A DNA stretch of 64,000 nt from the NCBI RefSeq assembly GCF_964194025.1, contig NC_134470.1, positions 12,896,001 through 12,960,000 of the forward strand, read 5' to 3'. Made by a program: the position numbers and the translations under genes. Under the pieces are notes generated by a model. That model was given only the letters and a program-made list of their open reading frames with translations, ran no database searches and had not been told where the DNA came from. Below are positions 1 to 12,797 of this stretch, one piece after another (the first letter of the stretch is position 1; the number at the start of each line of letters is the position of its first letter). This stretch comes from Convolutriloba macropyga. Taxonomy: Eukaryota.

Positions 1-277
1 ATAATTCTAAACATATCACTGTTGAACAAAATTGCAAGAACCAAAACATCAGTTAGGACTAACAAATGTCACATCGAAACTCTGTAGTATAGAAAGCGGT
101 AAGTTGATAAAACTTATCAACTGGAATCGAACGCCTTTATTATTGAATGTGGAACAAAGCACAAGCTTTCTCCTATACCACTAGTTAAAATTTACCAGTA
201 AATTAGTCCAATTCACCTGAAATAATAATTCGTCAACATAACCCACTAGTATCCGGCGAATTTCACTCAAACCACTG

Positions 278-540
278 GCGCGCGGTTAGATTCGTCAGTA
301 GCGAGATGTGGCTGTGATGCTAGCTTATGGTTAGTTATTGAGCTGGTGAGATAGGGTGCGGGTGTGAGCTGTGTGTGTGTGGGGGGAATCGCCGTACACG
401 TCACAAATTAATCTCTTAAACTGCCTCAATCAATCACAAACTTATAGAGACTAGTAAGGCTGCTCAGTGACATAATGCCCTCCGGACTTTACCTGTTTGT
501 CCCGTTTATGAGGACGAAAAGTAAAATGGTCAGATGAAAA
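278..540. repeat. Dispersed SINE/MITE-like repeat, copy 1 (in PCMTD intron)
   Basis: Collinear similarity to 5002-5240: ggcgcgcggtt..gtcagtagc, a G-run, then ctacctgttt..gaggac..aaaag..tcaga. Confidence 0.6.
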
Positions 541-2080
541 AATCTAGAAAACAAAAAGTCGGTAGTATATAACTCAAATCTATCACAATTTCTTCATGCA
601 TAGCACTAAAATGTAACAAACTTCAACAAGCAAAACAGGATGTATTGGGGATGTATTAAAAAAGAAATCATTAAAAATAAAAGCGGAAACAAGCATTAGA
701 TTTTCTGAGGTAACGTTATACAACCAGCTGACAACGCTATTTTTTTCCTACAAAGTGCAGCCCAATAAAATCACTTTTTAAAGTTCACATTTTAAAGAAA
801 ATTGTCCAGGAAATCTTCCTTTCAAAATTTTAATTAAAGTCTGGCCTCAAGAATAACTAACTATAGGCGTTGGTTGTAATCTGTTGGTTAGAAACATAGC
901 GAGCAGGTCATATAATAAATATCAAAAAATATAGCGAGCAGGTCAGGCAAAAAGAGATAAATTAAAACAAAGCGATTATTTGGAAGATTGTTTTAAAGAA
1001 ACTGACGTTATCTCGTACACTATTTGTTTCAATTCTTGTCAGATTGATAAACAAAAAAGTAAAAATTTTTTGTTATCCTTCAAATCCACAATTTTTGCTA
1101 ATATTGTTATTTATGAAAACAATAGTAACTGCAAACCCTTTTCGTGCACATAAAGCTCCATATAAAAATTATCAGAATTAACAAAAAAGCGTAATTTTGG
1201 TTTCATAAAAAATGGAGATAAACAGCTCAATTCAATGTTCCGTTCAAAAAAATTTTAAGAATCTTTCCGTTTTTTCAATTTTCAAAACTACTTCTACTTA
1301 ACTGTTCCAACCCGCTTATAAATTTCTAGGGTTCGAACAATATCGAATCTAGTACTGTAGTACTTCATATTAACGCACGGTTGTTATCGTCGATAAGTGG
1401 TAAACCATGTCAAAAAATGTGGCAAACCAGCCGAATTATCAACTATTTTTGAGAGGTCGATAACAACTAGTTTTTAAGCAGACTTTACTGTTTTTTGTTA
1501 GACTACAGGCTTTAGACGCTCCTTTATTGCCATTGTTTATATAGCAGAATGGCGATTAGAAAGTGACGGTAGACAAATGAATGAACATCACCACACGGTT
1601 ATTATCGCAGTCGAAAAGTTATCAAACTCCGAGGCGATGCCGAGTTGTTGAATAACATCGAGAGGGCAATAACAACCGTGTGGCGATGTTTTTAATTAAC
1701 TATCTTGGCAATTACAATAACAAACCCACACACCTGCAATTGATAACTCTACCTTTTTCCGGTATTCTTTTTATAGCAATCGTGGCGGAAAACGATAGTC
1801 CACTCTAACCCGCAACAGAGTTTCGCAACTGTTTCAGGTTTTCAGAATATTCACCGGGTCGAGCAGGTTATTTCCTCGGTAAGTGATGCAACTGTTGTTA
1901 TCGCAACAAAAGTTGACGAAATGGTTCGGCATTTCCATATTTTGGTAGTATTAATCGGGGGTTATAACTGGATCTTATCGATAAGTTATGCACGTGTTGT
2001 TACTGCTACAAGAGTTGGTTAATATGCGTCAGTTCTAAATAGCATTATTAGTTATTTTGAAGCGATTATTTAGACGGTAC

Positions 2081-2297
2081 CTGAAGAAGCACTCGGAAGA
2101 AAGACACATTCCATTGCCTCTGAAGAACTCCGGCAGTCCAATATTGTACTTGTCAAAGTGTGGTCCGCTCCTCACATAGGCAACAATCCGCTCATTAGCA
2201 TAGTCTATACACTCCTGATGAATCTCTACTCCGTGGTTGCAGCCTGCAGGTCCAATTATGTGACCCACCATCAAGTTAAGATACCCAGTACCTGACC
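2081..2297 (-). CDS. PCMTD1: PCMTD-family protein (L-isoaspartate methyltransferase domain), coding exon 2; gene continues left of the window
   Basis: Acceptor tttgcag, phase-1 join gives SAM motif LNIG/SGTGYL; NHGVEIH and GNG follow; donor ag|gtaccg. The expected next YDRIYCGA exon was not found in 1-2080. Confidence 0.85.
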
Positions 2298-2645
2298 CTG
2301 CAAACGACAAATGAGCCTCACGATTTTGCGTACCTGCTTCAAATTCTTATTTTTTCAAAGAACGGTTATCCGTCAGTCCCTCAAATTCATAGTCAGAATG
2401 CTGTAAGCGCAACTTGATTCAACACTGACGATGGAATTTGTACAACAAACAAGAAGGGGTTTTCAGAAAAGGATAGGTAGCTTGTAAACAAAGACTTCAC
2501 ATTTTAAACATTCCACCAAACTAATTTAGTGCCGTTTTTGGGCAAAGAACTTGAATTCAACAAAATGAATCGGAACATTTGGGCCAGAACCGTTCTTGGG
2601 AACAGACACGGGTTATAAATCCGTGGACGGGGTAATAAAATACTA

Positions 2646-3152
<507 letters not shown>

Positions 3153-3403
3153 TCATTGTGTGTATAAAGAATGTGCAATTAGGGGTTGTGCAGATAATGT
3201 GCAACCTATTATCTAGTGGGTGACAAGTGGGAAAACGCCCATCAACATTTGGGAAATCAAACTGTTCTTATTAACTTTCAGAATAGTGATAAGTTGCTAA
3301 AAACGTAAATTGATTCTGATAATTATAATCTGTTAAAATATCAAAAAAAATACATCCAACTGTATAATTGCGATAGACTCCGATTGTTGTGTTAACTTCA
3401 TAA

Positions 3404-4813
3404 TTAGCACCAAGTGAAGAAAGGCCGTTTCTCCTGATACGTTTCTCGGAACTCACTTCCGTCTCGTTCTGCTACATTGTGACTATCTTGGCACACTGTT
3501 TGCTTCTCCACAATTCGAAGCGGCAACTCCACCAAATCAGAAGGCGACATCCTTTTACTGAGAGCCTCACATAAGTTCATAATTTGACCTCTTAAAATTG
3601 ACATTTGCTTCTCGAACAAAGTTTTGCTGAAACCTTTATCGATTGAGAACAACAATTCAAGCTCAGCTATTAACGACTCCACGTTGTTCAGATCTCGAAT
3701 CATTGGAAGGAATGTCTGGATAGTTTCCTCAGAGAATGGGGTTTCAGCGTATGGCTGGAGCCAAGCCCACTGGTATGGATAAGCTCTCCAGGTATCCGGA
3801 TGTTTATAAGGAAAAGCAAGACCATTATCGATTGCAGCTACAGATATCTTGGGAGTACTGACTACGTTCCACTTAACCTTTTGATCACCACCTTCGTCTA
3901 TATCCTCATGCTCTTTCGTAGCGGTTGTTGAAATATAATCCGCTGGGGTTGTTTGCGGACTAGATTCCAGATCAACCTTGACCAACCAATTGTCATTTCC
4001 ACGATCCGTATTGCGTACGATGTAATCCAAAATAACCAACTTTTCGAACTTTAACTGGAACTCATGCATAGATTTGTTCGGTAACGTTTCGTACGAAAAA
4101 CGCTTTAAAATATCATCAGCGCTAGAATAGTCTTTCATAAAAAGTTGGAAAGATCCAACTTTTAGAGGTAGACCTAGACGCTTAAAACGGCGACCAATTA
4201 CGGGCGTTGTTGCCATTATTCCTCGTTTTGCCGTGCACTTAGCTTTTGTTATCTTGGAGTAAAAGAACGTTTCACTTGCTAACCAGACTATTCGCGTTTT
4301 AGGAACAATATTTAAACCTAGCCACTCGTCTACGATACTTGCTCCAGCTTCAGATAAATATCCCTGATTTTTTAAAAGGCAGTTACGACCAAAACAACAG
4401 GGACAAAACACACGTTGGCACCACTTTCCATATTTGGGATTTAAAGCACTATAAGGCTCCTCGCTTTTCGGTTTGAAAACAGCAATATTTTCTTGGCGAG
4501 TATTTTGAACAAAATAACTGCCACTTGAACCTTGTTTTATACGAATAGGATGAATTCCAATTGCAATTGCAAGCTCGGCTTCTCTAACTACATCTTCAAA
4601 CGCCGGATCATTTGGAAAACTATTTAAGTTGAGCATATCAGGTGGTTCTGGTTCTTCGCTTTCGTCGATTGTAGCAATGATTTCATGGGACCTCGAGTTT
4701 TCATAGTTTTCTGTATCGTCCACCTCTACTGTAAACATTTGAGGAGCCTGTTCGTCTGCACTTATCACATCTACCGTCTCTTCTGTCGACAAAAAGCCTA
4801 AATTTTCTGCCAT
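3404..4813 (-). CDS. PI4K2: Phosphatidylinositol 4-kinase type II, intronless CDS, 469 aa
   Basis: QGSSGSYF, FKPKSEEPY, palmitoylation-type CPCCFGR, RNTDRGNDNWL, AAIDNGLAFP, WRAYPYQWAWL, C-terminal PFFTWC. Confidence 0.96.
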   Translation of the reverse strand: MAENLGFLSTEETVDVISADEQAPQMFTVEVDDTENYENSRSHEIIATIDESEEPEPPDMLNLNSFPNDPAFEDVVREAELAIAIGIHPIRIKQGSSGSYFVQNTRQENIAVFKPKSEEPYSALNPKYGKWCQRVFCPCCFGRNCLLKNQGYLSEAGASIVDEWLGLNIVPKTRIVWLASETFFYSKITKAKCTAKRGIMATTPVIGRRFKRLGLPLKVGSFQLFMKDYSSADDILKRFSYETLPNKSMHEFQLKFEKLVILDYIVRNTDRGNDNWLVKVDLESSPQTTPADYISTTATKEHEDIDEGGDQKVKWNVVSTPKISVAAIDNGLAFPYKHPDTWRAYPYQWAWLQPYAETPFSEETIQTFLPMIRDLNNVESLIAELELLFSIDKGFSKTLFEKQMSILRGQIMNLCEALSKRMSPSDLVELPLRIVEKQTVCQDSHNVAERDGSEFRETYQEKRPFFTWC

Positions 4814-5001
4814 TTCTGTCTTGAAACAAAATTTGAATTATGTATTAACTTTAAAGTGTGCATTAACTGGAACTTCGAAATATACCTTTTAGATGCCGAT
4901 ATAACTAGATTAAAGATTCCCAGTAAAATGTTTCTATACAATATAGTCATAATATAATAAACATAACCGACTAACGTCGGATCAAATTGCTCTCAAACGA
5001 C

Positions 5002-5240
5002 AGGCGCGCGGTTGGTTTTGTCAGTAGCTAGCTACGGTTTAACGCAGCGGGGGTGCATCTGGGGGAGGGAGTTATGGGGGGGGCAACCGCCCTTCACAAC
5101 ATAAGTATAAGTCTCCAAAACAGTTTGCGAATCGCATACTTTGAGACTAATGAGCTGAAAGGCTCTAAGAGCACTTAACGCCCGCTGGGCGCTACCTGTT
5201 TATCCAGTTTTGAGGACAAAAAGCCAATTGGCTCAGACGG
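5002..5240. repeat. Dispersed SINE/MITE-like repeat, copy 2
   Basis: Diverged copy of 278-540 in the same orientation. Confidence 0.6.
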
Positions 5241-5997
5241 TCAAGCGAAAAAATCGTATAAAAAAAAGACCAACAGGACTAATATAATTGCTAAACTTCG
5301 TTTGAGAGCAATTAATAACGAAAGATTTAGGATTAATAATCCAATGATTCATAGAAAACCCCGCAATTCAAGTAAATAATCAATTTATATCAGCTAGGCA
5401 AGATTGAGTTCAACGCTCTGCAGTTGTTGCAGCCACACAAAATCAGAAAAGTGCATGGCTCTGATTCGTTGTACGGGATTTTGAATTGTTTAAAGTTGCT
5501 GTATTCAGCTTTTGTGATGAATGTCAAATAGAATATCTGATCTGAAGGAATCAGTATTGCGCACCGAACAAAAAATTAAGAACATCCTTCCCCAAGATTG
5601 GGTGAACATTGGGCTTCCCAGCTCTTTGTATTTCCAAAATTTATCAATAAAATGAAGATATGAGGACAAATGAAGAATAGTAGTAGTAGTAGCGAAGTCT
5701 TTAGGGATATACCATGGGTTTCCACCCTTTATATCATTAGTGAGTAAGCTGGGAATGTTGGTTACAGTTCGTGCATTGGCAGAGTATCCTCCAGGTACAT
5801 AGATTGGCTTCGTTGAACTTTTCGAATTACCAAAATTGCTGTGTTATTCGTGCTTTTCTGTTTTCTTTCGTTGTTAAGTCGATATGTTTACTCAGAATGT
5901 TGTGCAGTGTTCCGTTTCGTGTCCAGAAGTTATCGTCGGTCCTTTTGAGTCTGTAAAAGAAACCGATTTGTCAAATTAAAATTACTTCCAATACTTA

Positions 5998-6040
5998 AAA
6001 CAAACGTTTTCGAACTTTACGTTCATCGTCAGGTTAAAAC
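5998..6040 (-). ncRNA. Putative minimal type I hammerhead ribozyme in the Penelope 3' region
   Basis: Minus strand reads CTGACGA-T-GAAC gtaaa GTTC-GAAA-ACGTT: core boxes, 4-bp stem II, palindromic stem III. Confidence 0.65.
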
Positions 6041-6386
6041 TGTTTTACAAATTGTTAAAAGATAAAATGAATATGTATTTACATTTGTCTGAGATGACAA
6101 TTAAAACAATTCTAGGAAACATTCTAAAAAATTCAATCGAAAATTTTTCCTTATATACAATATTTAGCCTATTTACAACACATATTTACATCTGTTATCA
6201 ATTTACTTAAAAACATTCCTATTCCGGATTTTTCGATTTTGTCCATGTTCTTGTATTTTTAGGGTTATTCCGAATTTGCCCTAACCATAAGTATCCCTCT
6301 TGTGGAGGTTTTGCAAATTTCGTTTTGTCATGCACAAAATGTTTTTTGCCCTATGCATTCTCATTTAGTCAAAAATATGATTTGAA

Positions 6387-7147
6387 CTAATATTTTAGCG
6401 TGAGTTCCCTCCCCCTATATTCGTCGCGTGTGTTTAGTGCCGGCTTCAGCTTGCTGATATATATAGCTTCGATGATCATTAGTTTTTCTACTGACCGACA
6501 GGCGTCCAGAATTCTCCATTCAATGTCATTCGTGGCGCCACGACATTCAACTAGATGTTGACCCACCTGTGAATCCTTCTTTTGATGTTCTGTTATCCTT
6601 GTGGTAACATGCCGGCTTGTTTGCCCAACATAGATGGATCCGCATCCATTACATTTAATTTCATATACCACGTGGGATTTCAGATCTCTATCAAAGGATG
6701 ATTTCAAGGTGGGGAGGCACGATCTTAATTTTCGCGTTGTAAAAACTACTTGCAATTCGCATAGTTTCTTCAATTTGCTTGCGAAGTTTTGAGTGAGGTT
6801 GCCTCTGTATTGTAGAAAAATAGTTGGCTTATCATTAGATTTAGTCTTGCTTTTTTGATGCTCTTTTGGTGTTGTTCTTAATTGGTCTTTACCGCAACTT
6901 ATTATTTTTTCTAGAGTCTGATTCACAATTTTTGAAGACCATTCCTCTGGATATTGATTTTTGGTCCAGCAAGATTTGTTCTTTTCAAGAGCCTGATCGA
7001 AGGCCAACCAATTAGAGGTTGCATTAAAAACCCTGTGAACCGTCCCTTGAATCACATTTTTCTTATGTTGAAGCGGTGCACAGCTGCGAAATTTCAGTAT
7101 TATTCCAGTGTCAGTTGGTTTTTGATACCAATGACAGGTGATACCAA
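6387..7147 (-). CDS. Penelope RT thumb/linker + GIY-YIG endonuclease (5' truncated, open frame)
   Basis: WYQKPTDTG, VVYEIKCNGCGSIYVGQTSRHVTTRITEH, IIEAIYISKLKPALN. Confidence 0.85.
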
Positions 7148-7170
7148 TGACAGGTGATACCAATGACAGG
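7123..7170. repeat. 3 x 16-bp tandem repeat (tgataccaatgacagg) at the Penelope 5' truncation junction
   Basis: Read directly from the sequence. Confidence 0.9.
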
Positions 7171-9859
7171 TGAGTCTGGTTTTGGGAATGTTGAAGCTGG
7201 AGTTGGAGCCTTGTCTGGTTCGTTCGTTGGTATTACGTGATTGTATTCTGATGTTTTCATGTCATACTTGTGGTCAGTGATGGCGCAGAACAGTAGGAGA
7301 CTGTGGAGTTCGAAGTACATTGAGAGTGGCAGTAAGTTGAGTTCTTTGAGTCTTTCTTTATAGGGAATTGTGTTGTTTAGAATCCACTGTGTTGCACTTT
7401 TCTGCATTCTTTCGATGTTTGACAAGTCTGTTTTGATGGGGTACCAGAACTCACATGCGTACGATATGACGGGTACCACATATCCTGTGTATGCGTTTAG
7501 TTTGGCTTCAGTCGTTGACTTAAAAAAAGTTACGCTTGAGGAAACACTATGATTTCAGGGCTTTAGTTCGACGCAGATTACAGTTTTCTTTCCAGGAGAG
7601 GTCGTTCGAGATTAGGACACCAAGGTCTTTTTGAACTTTAACAGGTTTGACAGCGACTTCGTTCGTTTTGGCAACTGACTGTTTTTTGAAGTGTACCAGA
7701 CTACATTTATCATCATGGAGATTCATTTTGTTTGCGACACACCAGTTATGTAAACTTATTAGGTCACTTACTAGGAGTTCATGAGATGTGCTTAACAGAT
7801 TGTAGTCATCGGCATATCCGAAGTATTCACTTTCACTTGCAACAGTTGGGAGGTCATTTATGTAGATTAAAAAGAGTAGAGGACCCAGTAGGGACCCTTG
7901 TGGGACCCCGCTAGTGACATCACGGAATTCAGATCTTGGGTTGTTTATTTTCACACATTGTTTTCTATTGTCTAAATAATTGGCAATTAGTTTAAGGGCT
8001 GTTCCACCTATTCCCATTTTGTGGATTTTCAAAAGCAGGAGATTGTGAGGAACCTTGTCGAAGGCTTTTTCGAAGTCTAAGTAGAAGACCGTTAGTTCAT
8101 CAATTGCCGACGAATCGTTGAGCAGGTATACTTTTTCGAGGAAGCAGATAAGTTGTATAATGGCTGAGCGACCGTCTCTAAATTCAAATTGAGAGTCGTG
8201 AAGTTTTTGCCTTACTACTGGGTATAACCAGTCAGCGATGACTTTTTCTAGGACTTTTGACGGGCAACAGAGGCAGTTAATGGGTCTATATTTGGTTACG
8301 TCGCTTTTATCACCGTCTTTGTAGATTGGAGTTATTTCGCTTTCTTTCCAGTATTGTGGGTATACACCTTTGTTGAAGCAGGTTTGAAAGATGACAGTTA
8401 ATGATTTAGCCAGTCTGGTTGCAAGTTGTTTTAGGGTCTCGTTTCCTATTCGATCCGCTCTTTTTGCCTTTTTTGATTTAAGAGAACTAAGTATTTCCGT
8501 GACTTGTTTTTCGCAGCAAGTTATTTTGTTGAATGTATTTGGCCCGAAGTCAACGTTTGTATTGTTTGTTTTTTAATTAAAAACACTTTGGAAGTATTGG
8601 TTAAATAAATTTGCCTTTCCTTCATCATTTTTTGCTACTTTGTTTTGTAAATGCATTTCATGTGGGTACGGTGGCGCTTTTTTAATGGATCTCAGATAGG
8701 CTTGGATCTTACTGAATCCCCTTGTTCTGAAAATCTCGTTTTCGTAGTCGGCTTGGTCGTTACAAGGTTCGATTTCAATTTTGCTTTCAAGATCAAGAAT
8801 ATTTTGCAGGTTTAGGGGTTGGGCTTTTCTGGCTTCTTTGCGTTTGAGTGTGTTAAGTTGGTTGATCAGGTGGGAGGTAGGTTTCAAGATCCATGGAGGG
8901 AGGTAAGATTGTTGGCTAGTAATTCTTGGTACGTTTTCGGTAAACAGTTTGTTGAACCATAGGTACCATTGATTGGTGATTTCGTCTACATTGCTGTAAC
9001 AGTAAGGTTCAAAGGGATTATCGACAACTGTTTGATTAAAATTCTCCCAGTTAGTCCGAGAGGTTGCATATTTGACATTTTTATGGTGTTTCTCCGTTGC
9101 ATTATTGAAGGTTAACAGGGATGAGAATGCTGGGTGGTCTGGGCACTTTTTTAAATTGACTGAATAGTTAAGTAAGTGTGGTGTCAATTGTTGAATTAAG
9201 CCAATACTCAGGTTCATCTATTAGGAAGACGTCTAACTGCGGTTTGCTGCCAAGTATGCATTGGAAGTCAAATTTTTGTTCACAGTTGAGATTCGCTAGT
9301 TGATCAGTGACAGTGTTTTCATATTCCTTTATGGACTGCATTAACCCCCAAAATATATGCACAAAATTATTATCTCCAGTTATTATAGAGCTTGAGACTT
9401 TCAATTGTTTACGTTTGGTTGTGAGACTTGAAAGGAATTGCGCGCATTTTTCAGGTGGCCATCTGTAGGGACTGTTTTTTGGAGGGTTATAGATACAGCT
9501 GATCAACAATTTTTGTGTTTTGGTTCTGTCAGTTAGTAAAACAGTTATCGCGTCTTCAAATGTATGGTAAAGTGTCAGTTGTTTAGCCTTGATGTCTCTC
9601 CGTACCGCAATGAGTACTCCTCTGTGTTTAGAGACATTTCTGTTGAACTTCTGTCATTTTTGAATATTTGGAAGTTATTGAGGAAAAGAGACTCGTTCGG
9701 GACAGATTTTGTTAGACAAGTCTCACTGAGGCATAAGACATCGTAGTTTTGGGGTAAAATTGCATTTGCAAGAGTGAAACGTCTTTGCAGGTCGAGGACG
9801 CTGTGTACGTTGAAAGTGAGTAGAGTAATTTGTTCGGTTCTGTTTTCGTTGGTGTTTAG

Positions 9860-10793
9860 TCACCGTCCCGTATCCAGGGCGGCCTCATCCCAGGTGTTGC
9901 TTTGATCATCGTAGTGTAGTAGTTTCAGGTTTTGGACCATGACCTTGTTTCTTGGTATTGGTATTCCCGATTCGATGTATTCTCGTCTTTTTTTAAGTAG
10001 ATCGTTTTCCAACAGTTGTTCTTCTTTTGATAGTTCTCTGCTAGGGCACACTTTTTTATCATAGTTCCGCAATTTGCCAAGAGATAGTAAGAGCAGTTTT
10101 CTGTTCCTGTCATTACTGAGTTTGACTATGATTGTTCTGTTGTATGTTTCAATTCGCCTACAATTTTCGATATCAGAAACAACATTTAAGACTTTTAGTA
10201 TGTTTTCAATCTCAACTGTATCATGTTAAGCACGTTTTCTAGCATTGGTGTCTTTTAGCTCGGGTATTCCACGTACATGTACGCCGCTGGAGTGATCGTT
10301 TATGGGAGGTTCGGTTTTGGTTTGACTTTTTTGGTCACAATGTCTCCTAGGTCGTTGAGCTTACTTTTAACAGCGCTCTTAAAGGATGTTATCTCATTTT
10401 TCAGTTGATTACCGACAGTTTCTTTAAACAAAAATTTTCATTTCCTCCTGATTTTCGTTGATTTTGTCGATTTTGTTTTGGCTGATGATAGCGTCCAGGA
10501 CGACGTCCCGTTTGTTGGTTTTTACACAGTTGTTGCATATAAAAGTTGCGTAAAAGTATATTCAAATTTATCTCCTGGAGAGTGTTGATGACGGTGCCAG
10601 ATAGCTGAGTACATTGGGTGGTCATATGCATAATGTTTTCGCATGATACGCACCGAAAGAGTGTATCTTTTTTAGCAATGCCAGCCTTGCATGTATTACA
10701 GTTGATTGTAAGGCCACTTGCAATTTTCGATTTTAAACTTACTTCTTTGTTTGTTATCGTTTTCGATCGACTTTTTGTTTGAGGCGTTTCCGT
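9860..10793 (-). pseudogene. LINE-A ORF1 with N-terminal PHD finger, disrupted
   Basis: CNTC...CVSC..MH...C...CNNC (C4HC3) across frameshifts; C-terminus RELSKEEQLLENDLLKKRREYI. Confidence 0.75.
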
Positions 10794-11001
10794 ATTACTT
10801 CGCTACTACTCGAGAGTTGTTAGGATCGTAGCTGTTTCACTAGTTATTTCTCGCTAGGAGAGATTGTAGTGAAGCAGCGCTTGCTTGCTGTTATCCTTTG
10901 TTTATCGCGAGGAGAGACAGCGGTATAACCACAAACAGTTAAGTAGAAACTAACTATTGTTACCTGGGTGGTTCTTGCTGGGAGAGCCGGAGGAAACGGA
11001 G

Positions 11002-11597
11002 TTAGTAGTTGCAGTTGCAGTTCTTGAATGGGCACTCGAAGTTGTCTAGGTGTCCTTCCTCGTTGTACTTGTTCGAGTAATTCTTGAACAACACTCGTTT
11101 CTTCAGGATCGCTTTCACTCCGCTGATCCCGGAGTTGCTAATGTGCACGTCGTCGTCGCCGATGTGTATCTCACTGAAAATTTCTTCTGAAACACCACGA
11201 TATTTCCAGTTTCTGCTTGTCTTACTTTTGTTGTCCAATAGTTTATTAGTTTACGAAGAACGTTCACGTTAGCTACCACGGTGGGATATACCAAGGATGA
11301 AAACTTTTTTGGCTAGCTTGCACTGCTGTTCGCCCAGAAAGTCTAACTCGTCCACTACCTGTTGCTTGGACAGTGAAGATGGGAGGGTACCGTTGTATAA
11401 GTCGTTGCCGCCAATAAAAACAACAAATATGTTGAACTTATCTTTGATGAGAAGAATTGTTGAGCGTGGGCAATGTGAGCTCCAGGAATGGACAAGATGT
11501 TGAAGTTGGGGAACTCGATGTTTCGGGCTTGTGAATCTGCGAGGAGCAGGTTCCTCGAAGAAGAAGTCCTTAGAGTGTGGAATCGTCTGTTGGACAT
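11002..11597 (-). pseudogene. LINE-A ORF0, SGNH/GDSL esterase-like, disrupted
   Basis: Blocks LLLADSQ (I), SIPGA (II), VFIGGND (III, after a frameshift), DDDVH (V); own stop at 11002. Confidence 0.75.
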
Positions 11598-11972
11598 CAA
11601 AGCATCAATCTCACCCGTCAAAGCTAGGAACGAAGGGACTTAGAACTCGTTCATGTTGAAAAGGATTCTTGTTCCTAGCTCAAAAAGTCTGAAATTGAAT
11701 GATTTGACGAAGGGAAAAGGCAATCTATTTAATAAGTTTATAATGAACAAATGAATAATGAACAAAAGAGTATAAAGGCTACGCCATCACAATACTGCAC
11801 ACACAAACCAGTCTGAAAATCATCTGCGCCACTCACGCTGTTCTGTCACATGCAGTAAAAAGCATACTAAATAAAAAAACAGGGAAATCGGATCTTATTG
11901 GTCAGCTCAAAGGATGCATTTTATTTTTAACCCCCCCCCCCGCAGCACGCGCAATATTTTGACATAACCGTG

Positions 11973-12339
11973 CTGTTGTTGCTGTGACTTTTCGGGATCA
12001 AGCCGAGGGGATTGCTCCCATAGAAGTTTTGGTCTTGGTTCCACTATTTTCTGCAATTGGAGCAATCATAGAAAACGGTTCATGTACACACTACTCTTCC
12101 GTTGAAGTTCAACATCAGACGGTCCCACATAAATGACAGAATACATCTTTTGAGTCCCAAAGGCTAGGAAGAGTCTATCTCTTCAGGCAGATTGTTGGCA
12201 ACTTTGGCAGTTCGAAAGTAAAAGTTCTCTCTGAATTTCTCGGTTCTCAGTTGTGGAATTTTGAATAATCTGCTTTTAACTCTACAATATTGGTGTTCAT
12301 AGGTTTCTATCAATGGAAGTGTGTTTTTTTATCATGGTA
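11973..12339 (-). mobile_element. 5'-truncated 3' fragment of LINE family B
   Basis: Reverse complement matches ~21050-21420, including gcaatcccctcggcttgat.ccgaaaagtca and a (caa)-like tail. Confidence 0.85.
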
Positions 12340-12797
12340 ATTGGCAGGTGATTTGTAATTGTGGGTGCAAAACGCACTGGAGGGCGGGTGGGTGTGCACA
12401 CCGAAAAGATCCAGGAATTCCGATAAAGAAAATTGAATAATCCTTAAAAAAGAACTTTAGTTCCCACTCCTACTTTTTGAGTGGAACATTCTGCCAGCGG
12501 ATCCTTTTATGTTAACACGCTTGTTGCCGATCGAAATCTATTGCACGCAGAGAAACAACTGGTATACAAACTTAAACAAACTGTTGAATTTCCCAGTTCA
12601 AAAGAAAAAGACTTGGGAAGTCGATTTTACATGATGATGCAAGTAATTGAAAGTTGCATAGAATATTGCCTAGAAAAGTTATCATATTATTTAATGATAA
12701 CCAAGTTAAACGTTTTTTTATGCCCATGCAGTCAAACCAACTGAAATTGGAGACACAGACTGAACTTACCATATCACTTCAAGTTGACCAACATCTT

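Larger units (their letters stand above)
5954..7170 (-). mobile_element. 5'-truncated Penelope-like retroelement nested in LINE-A
   Basis: GIY-YIG ORF plus AT-rich 3' region; flanked by direct repeat tgagtctg at 5946-5953 and 7171-7178, which restores the LINE sequence. Confidence 0.9.
5740..9859 (-). pseudogene. LINE-A ORF2 (APE endonuclease + reverse transcriptase), frameshifted and split by the insertion at 5954-7170
   Basis: Fragments 9168-9509, 8573-9217, 7547-8032, 7111-7479; the C-terminus resumes at 5953 (RLKRTDDNFW...NLCTWRILCQCTNC). Confidence 0.88.
5679..11746 (-). mobile_element. Decayed, apparently full-length CR1/L2-like LINE, family A (ORF0 SGNH, ORF1 PHD, ORF2 APE-RT, (CTA)n tail), interrupted by a Penelope-like fragment
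   Basis: RT motifs GVPQGSLLGPLLF and YADD; APE motifs TFNVHS, LSET, YNPP, DHP; tail (tag)n at 5678-5691; candidate TSD acaaatgaa[g/t]aat at 5666-5678 and 11747-11759. Confidence 0.9.

Noticed and set aside
488-528. Hammerhead ribozyme (gtcc..ggac gaaa)
   Set aside because: CTGTTT instead of CTGANGA, no stem III, and GAAA is lost in the second copy
1370-2020. ttatcg-rich intronic element
   Set aside because: Probably a decayed MITE, but TIRs and TSD could not be defined
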